IMG/VR virus record: IMGVR_UViG_3300044700_000691
Location: 62,001 to 126,000 of that record
DNA: 64,000 nucleotides
Reading direction: 5' to 3' (one strand)
The translations under genes and the position numbers were made by a program. The notes below the pieces were generated by a model. The model was not told the DNA's origin, ran no database searches, and saw nothing but the letters and a program-made list of their open reading frames with translations. Positions 58,937-64,000 of this stretch are shown piece after piece; the first letter of the stretch is position 1, and each line of letters starts with the position of its first letter.

Positions 58937-59686
58937 ATGTTTACACAACAGCAAATTTCCAAGATGGTCTTTTTTGATATCGAGACCTCAACTACTACCC
59001 AAGCGGTAGATTCATTAAGCCCCGCCCTACAGAGTCAGTGGCATAAGCGAGCCGACTACCTTCGTGATACTCTTTCACAAAAATATCCAGATAATAAGAC
59101 CCTAAGCGATGAGGATCTTTTTACACAGAAAGCTGCACTTCAAGCAGAGTTCGGTCGAATAGTCTGTATCAGTTTTGGTCGTATTGTTTATAGAGACGGC
59201 GAACCTACCTTTAGTGTAGCTGCTATTTCAGGAAAAAACGAAGAAGAGCTTTTACTTAAAGCACAAAAATCTATTTCTAAAATATTTGCAACAGGCGGAG
59301 TCTTAGTTGGTCATAATATTAAAAGATTCGATATTCCTTATCTATGTAAACGACTATTAATTAATGGTCTTGCTATTCCTGATGAATTACACTTTCATAA
59401 TAAAAAACCTTGGGAAATCCCTATGCAAGATACAATGGACGTTTGGTCATTTGGTGCTTGGCAAGAGGGATTTGCTTCACTAGATCTTATCTGTGGAGTC
59501 TTAGACATTCCGTCACCTAAAGGAGCTATGCGAGGCGAAGAAGTGCCAGCTGCATTTTGGCAAGGTCGACTTACTGAAATTGCTACTTATAATATGGAGG
59601 ACGTTATTGCCCTCGGCCGTATTATATTAAAGGTCTCTGGACTAAACTTGTTCGAGGAAGAGAGTATAACAAGAAATACTATATAA
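58937..59686 (+). CDS. PolB-type standalone 3'-5' exonuclease (DnaQ fold)
   Basis: ExoI FFDIET, AEFGRIVCIS, ExoII GHNIKRFDIPY, KKPWE..DT..W.FG, SLDL....L.IPSPK, ExoIII YNMEDV. Confidence 0.85.
   Translation: MFTQQQISKMVFFDIETSTTTQAVDSLSPALQSQWHKRADYLRDTLSQKYPDNKTLSDEDLFTQKAALQAEFGRIVCISFGRIVYRDGEPTFSVAAISGKNEEELLLKAQKSISKIFATGGVLVGHNIKRFDIPYLCKRLLINGLAIPDELHFHNKKPWEIPMQDTMDVWSFGAWQEGFASLDLICGVLDIPSPKGAMRGEEVPAAFWQGRLTEIATYNMEDVIALGRIILKVSGLNLFEEESITRNTI
59644..59669 (+). promoter_or_regulatory. Candidate early/middle promoter AAACT-N14-AGTATAA for groEL
   Basis: Lies within the 3' end of the exonuclease gene, about 32 nt before the groEL ATG. Confidence 0.4.
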
Positions 59687-59701
59687 AAATATTTAAACAT
59701 A

Positions 59702-61294
59702 ATGTCAAAAACAATAATTTTTGATGCTGATGCAAGAAACCGATTAAAAGTTGGTGTTGATACATTAGCCAATTCAGTAAAAGTAACAATGGGTCCAGGT
59801 GGACGTAATGTCGTTATCGCAAGAGATGGCGGTTTAGCTGTTACAAAGGACGGAGTTTCCGTTGCTAGAGAAGTAGTATTATCTGATCATATTGCTGATG
59901 TTGGTGCGCAAATGGTAAAACAGGTTGCACACAAAGTTGCGCAGTTAGCCGGCGATGGTACAACCACGGCAACAGTATTAACTCAAGAAATTTTCAATAG
60001 AGGATTAAAAGCAGTTGCGACAGGAGCCAACCCAATCGAATTAAAAAGAGGTATGGATGCTGCTTTAACTGAAATAGTTGCAGCGCTAAGCCAATCATCA
60101 ATTCCAGTTAAAGATCTTACTCACATTCATCAAGTTGCAACAATTTCTGCAAATAACGATGAATCTATGGGTGCTTTAATTACTCAATGTATGGAGGCAG
60201 TTGGATTTGATGGAATTATTACGGTTGAGCAAAGTAAATCAGCTGAAACCTATGTTGATATAGTAGAAGGAATGCAATTTAAATCAGGCTACCTATCACC
60301 ATATTTTATTAATTCTAACGAAAAACCTCAAGTTGAATTTGAAAACGCCCTAATCTTATTAGTAGATGGTAAAGTTTCTGTGCTAAATGATATTGTACAG
60401 TTCTTAGAATATTCAAATCAAAAGGGTCGTCCACTATTAGTTATTTCTGAAAGTGTAGACGGCGATGCTTTAAATACAATGGTTCTTAATAAATTAAGAG
60501 GAACAATTAAAGCAGCAGCGGTTAGAGCTCCAGGCTTTGGAGAATTACGTAAAGAAAACCTAGACGATATTGCAATCCTAACTGGCGCCAAAACCGTCTC
60601 TGAACGAGAGGGTTATTCATTAGCTGAAACCATTGCTTCTGAAGTATTAGGTTCAGCCACTAAAGTTATTGTTACAGCAGACTCTACTACAATTATTGGT
60701 GGAGAAGGCCTGCAAGACTCGATTAAAGAGCGTATTTCAGATATTAATGCTCAAATTGAAAACAGCACAAACGAATCAGCAACCCTAATTCTTAAAGAGC
60801 GTATTGCTAGAATAGATGGTGGAGTTGCTATTATTAAAGTAGGAGCCCACTCTGAAATTGAAATGCGTGAGAAAATTGACCGCATTGACGATGCAATAGG
60901 TGCAACCAGAGCGGCAGTTGAAGAAGGTATTGTTGTAGGCGGTGGAGTTGCACTTTGTAAAATTGCTGAAGAATTAACACCAACTATTGCTCAAACCCAA
61001 AACTTTGAACATAGACTAGGTCGTACAATCTTATTAGAATCATGTCTAGCACCATTTAGAGTTATTTTAACTAATGCAGGAGAGTCACCAGATGCAATTC
61101 TTTCAGAAATGAAGAATAGAGGTCAGGAATATAATGTAAAAACCAGAGAATATTGTAATTTTATTGACTCAGGTATTATTGATCCAGCTAAAGTAGCCAG
61201 AGTAGCTATTGAAAATGCAGTTTCGATTGCATCTATGATGCTTACAACTGAGGTCTTAATGGTACAAGACCCACCTACAGAAACTAAGGCGTAA
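59702..61294 (+). CDS. groEL: Phage-encoded chaperonin GroEL (Cpn60)
   Basis: VKVTMGPGGRNV, TKDGVSVA, AGDGTTTATVL, EGMQFKSGYLSPYF, APGFGE.RK, GGVAIIKVGA, GIIDPAKV. Confidence 0.97.
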   Translation: MSKTIIFDADARNRLKVGVDTLANSVKVTMGPGGRNVVIARDGGLAVTKDGVSVAREVVLSDHIADVGAQMVKQVAHKVAQLAGDGTTTATVLTQEIFNRGLKAVATGANPIELKRGMDAALTEIVAALSQSSIPVKDLTHIHQVATISANNDESMGALITQCMEAVGFDGIITVEQSKSAETYVDIVEGMQFKSGYLSPYFINSNEKPQVEFENALILLVDGKVSVLNDIVQFLEYSNQKGRPLLVISESVDGDALNTMVLNKLRGTIKAAAVRAPGFGELRKENLDDIAILTGAKTVSEREGYSLAETIASEVLGSATKVIVTADSTTIIGGEGLQDSIKERISDINAQIENSTNESATLILKERIARIDGGVAIIKVGAHSEIEMREKIDRIDDAIGATRAAVEEGIVVGGGVALCKIAEELTPTIAQTQNFEHRLGRTILLESCLAPFRVILTNAGESPDAILSEMKNRGQEYNVKTREYCNFIDSGIIDPAKVARVAIENAVSIASMMLTTEVLMVQDPPTETKA

Positions 61295-61341
61295 TTAAAT
61301 TATGCTGCAGTCTTCGTTAAATAAAAAAAAGAAGACTTACT

Positions 61342-64000
61342 TTGTCAGAAATAGACATTCTCATTGACCAAATTCGTTGCGAACTAAGAGAAAACCCCTT
61401 CTTTACTGAAGGGGATCTTGCAGCTTTAGACGATTGCCTCCCAACGTCAGATCAAATTGAAACTGCTCAAAAGGAAGAAATTACTCAACTAGTAACTGAA
61501 GACCCTTGCGCTAAAAAGACAATCGATGCGGTAAATGCGGAATTAGAAAAAAATGATGCTAAACTAAAAGCAGCAGTTAAGTCTAAATATGTAATTTCAA
61601 GATTAAACGAATTACGGGATCTTCTATATCCAGCTGAGTATTTTTATAAAACACGTCAAGAATTTTTTAATTTAGTCGTTAAAGAACTTGATGCTAGATT
61701 TACGGTTCCTGCCGCTGCTCCATCTTTTACTACAGTCCTAAATAAATTTGAATATAACTCCTATAAATTTAACGTTGCTGCAACCACAACTACAATATCT
61801 GAAATAGACAAACTAAATGCAGATATTAAAGACCAAATTGAAGCATATTTTAGTAAAAAACCAACGGGCGTAGGTTCAATCGGCAGAATCTCTCCAATTG
61901 CATATTCTTATAATTCAACAAACCCAACCTTTTTAATAACTTTACCGGGAAAATCTGGGTTCACGGTTAAATCTTCAGAAAATCAAAAAACCGGCAAAGT
62001 CGATCAATTTGGTAATTCTGAAACTAAACAGGTTACAGTTAATATTAAAATATCGCCTGAGGATGCTGTGTATGAAACACAAGCTAAAGTTTTTCAAAAA
62101 AGAAAGTTAGAAGTTGTTAAATTTGCATCACAGCTATATACTGATACAGCAGCAACTGATATTTTATATCCATTTACTGGCTCACTTGCCGAATTTTATA
62201 AAAAGATTGAGGATCCTTTAAAATTATTTACGCTACAGGAAAAAGGTTTAACCACAAGTTCAGCTAACGTTGATAAAAAATTAAAAAAAGAAGGCCTTGA
62301 CGGAATAGTTAAAGAAAAAAGATCAAATGGTACAGAGGAACAGTTCTATATTGAAAATACTGAAAAGTATCAGCAGTTTTATGAAAATCTTGAGCCTAAG
62401 ATTGAAGCTCGTATTGAAGTAGAGCGTCAGAAATTTAGAAAAGACTTAGTTAGCTCTGGTAAATTTTTAAAATTATCAAATCTTGCCAAAAAACAGGTAT
62501 TTGATGTTGTTAATAATGGTAATATAGAGGCAAAACCTACTGAAAAACTTATTGTAAATGGAGTAGAGGTTTTACCAAGCGAATATGGGCAAAATGCTAG
62601 AACTGCAATTAAAAACAGCTCAGCTGAAGTATTAGGTTTAATTAAAGACATTGAAACCCGAATCGCTAAGATAAAGGAGGCAAATTCGCCAAAACCAGAC
62701 GATTTAGCCAAAGCTCTTGCGGCAACTGGCTGTGTTCCGCCTGATGAAGGCCCCTGTAAAAAATTAGCAAAAGCCGGCTCTGACCCATTGGGTTACAAAT
62801 CAATGACCGTGCAGCCAACTGAAGCTAATCCAGATTATACATGTGGCTGTTATTGGAAAGAGGTAACTAAACACCTAAATAAGCTAAACCTATTACCTAT
62901 TCCAGATATTATGCGCCTACCCGCATTAAGATATTGGCCAGTTGGATTAATTATCCCAACTCCATATCCAATTAGAATTCCACTACCTCAAATTTGGTTT
63001 CATATAGTAACCTTAAACTTACCATTTGGTACTCTAGTTATTTGGTATGTACAGTGTGGAATCGTTCCATCACCAATTGTTATGTACATTGGACCAGATG
63101 GAAAAAAGATTATCCTATTAAGTTTTAGAGCACTACAAGGTCAATTTGATCCAGTTGGATATACACTAGATGAAGCCAGCGTTTCTCCATTAGGAATAAA
63201 CCAAACATCAATTGGAAAACCTAGCGGAACTGGCGCAAAGACAATTACGTTTGGTAATATCATGGTAAATGCTAAATTGCAAAAAGTAGCAAAAGTTGCA
63301 GCACAAGCGCAAGCCTTATTGGAATTAGCGGATCCTGGTAAATTAATGCCAAACGGTTTTAATATTCCATTTAAACCAGGCGAAAAACCAGACTGGAAAA
63401 CTGGAGATGAAGATTTTTTAGATACTGCAACTGCTTCCTTAAATGATTTTACCGTATTTGTTAAAAATATTAATCGCACAATTTGCGTTAAAATAGATGA
63501 ACTTGGAGATTTTGAATTACCTAATTTTTCAATCGCATTAAAAAGCGCCCAAGACTCTGCTAAAAATCGACAAACTACGCTAGCCGGCCTTCCGTATAAT
63601 TTTGATCAAGCCTGGCTAAACTGCGATCCAGGTAATCTTTATTCAAATATTCCATCTAACTTCTCACACTCAAACTTAAATATTGATTCTAATGAATGTA
63701 AAGAAATGGTATTATCTCTTTCGCTAGATTTAGATAAATTTTTAGATAAACTTAAACTTGGAACCTATACCATTCCAAAAGACAAGGGCAAATCAATTAA
63801 ACCTGAAGCCATGCTTGATGGAGTAATTGATTCTGTTATGGAGTATATGTCAAGAACAAACTTTGGAAAAGCCAAATCTATCAACTTTAATAAGAAGTTT
63901 AGAAAAGCAATGCGAGATTTAGATTTAAATGCCGCAATTGATGCAGCCGCAGCTAAAGTTGATATAACTAAAGTCGAAAGTGTAACCGCATTTAAGAAAA
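61342..64000 (+). CDS. Large hypothetical protein, truncated at the window end (TTG start; MSEIDILIDQIRCELRENPFF...)
   Basis: Frame read as open from 61342 to the end (>880 codons); absent from the ORF track because it has no stop. Pro-rich hydrophobic segment RYWPVGLIIPTPYPIRIPLPQIW. Confidence 0.75.
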   Translation, partial: MSEIDILIDQIRCELRENPFFTEGDLAALDDCLPTSDQIETAQKEEITQLVTEDPCAKKTIDAVNAELEKNDAKLKAAVKSKYVISRLNELRDLLYPAEYFYKTRQEFFNLVVKELDARFTVPAAAPSFTTVLNKFEYNSYKFNVAATTTTISEIDKLNADIKDQIEAYFSKKPTGVGSIGRISPIAYSYNSTNPTFLITLPGKSGFTVKSSENQKTGKVDQFGNSETKQVTVNIKISPEDAVYETQAKVFQKRKLEVVKFASQLYTDTAATDILYPFTGSLAEFYKKIEDPLKLFTLQEKGLTTSSANVDKKLKKEGLDGIVKEKRSNGTEEQFYIENTEKYQQFYENLEPKIEARIEVERQKFRKDLVSSGKFLKLSNLAKKQVFDVVNNGNIEAKPTEKLIVNGVEVLPSEYGQNARTAIKNSSAEVLGLIKDIETRIAKIKEANSPKPDDLAKALAATGCVPPDEGPCKKLAKAGSDPLGYKSMTVQPTEANPDYTCGCYWKEVTKHLNKLNLLPIPDIMRLPALRYWPVGLIIPTPYPIRIPLPQIWFHIVTLNLPFGTLVIWYVQCGIVPSPIVMYIGPDGKKIILLSFRALQGQFDPVGYTLDEASVSPLGINQTSIGKPSGTGAKTITFGNIMVNAKLQKVAKVAAQAQALLELADPGKLMPNGFNIPFKPGEKPDWKTGDEDFLDTATASLNDFTVFVKNINRTICVKIDELGDFELPNFSIALKSAQDSAKNRQTTLAGLPYNFDQAWLNCDPGNLYSNIPSNFSHSNLNIDSNECKEMVLSLSLDLDKFLDKLKLGTYTIPKDKGKSIKPEAMLDGVIDSVMEYMSRTNFGKAKSINFNKKFRKAMRDLDLNAAIDAAAAKVDITKVESVTAFKK

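Noticed and set aside
61302-61367. ATG-initiated ORF right after groEL as a possible groES
   Set aside because: It is only 21 codons (MLQSSLNKKKKTYFVRNRHSH), has no GroES similarity, and overlaps the long TTG ORF.
31-63479. Short ORFs from the track that are antisense or out of frame (e.g. 31..246, 3164..3496, 16087..16374, 29946..30326, 36811..37236, 51397..51825, 62427..62711, 63141..63479)
   Set aside because: They are shadows overlapping longer, well-supported genes and have no independent motifs or promoters.
1-64000. CRISPR array, integrase, transposase or homing endonuclease
   Set aside because: No regularly spaced repeats with unique spacers and no recognisable motifs for these enzymes were seen.
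1-64000. Stop-codon reassignment, as seen in some large phages
   Set aside because: Genes are long and tightly packed under code 11. TAG (5693) and TGA (3246, 11037) serve as stops at plausible gene boundaries.

Overview
This AT-rich 64 kb window looks like part of a large (jumbo-type) myovirus genome, probably infecting a Bacteroidota host (inferred). It covers mostly the late structural region, on the minus strand. Dispersed T4-like morphogenesis homologs are recognisable: gp6-like baseplate wedge, gp15-like and gp3-like tail completion proteins, and a gp14-like neck protein. An adsorption module contains five LamG/ConA-like paralogs, a Cys-rich protein ending in a Hint domain, and two ~2000-aa mosaic tail fibres with peptidase S74 chaperones. 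A run of very large unknown proteins, probably virion components, follows. Non-structural elements are a phage tmRNA with an unusually long tag, a pol-beta-type nucleotidyltransferase, an apparently catalytically dead amidoligase homolog, a gp55-like late sigma factor, a RuvC-like resolvase, a PolB-type 3'-5' exonuclease and a GroEL with no adjacent GroES. The motif ATAAATA (T4 late-promoter-like) precedes 13 genes in the correct orientation, and a second candidate promoter class (AAAC[CT]-N14-15-AGTA[AT]A) precedes non-structural genes. No CRISPR array, DGR, integrase or transposase was seen. All family assignments come from motif recognition by eye, not from database searches.
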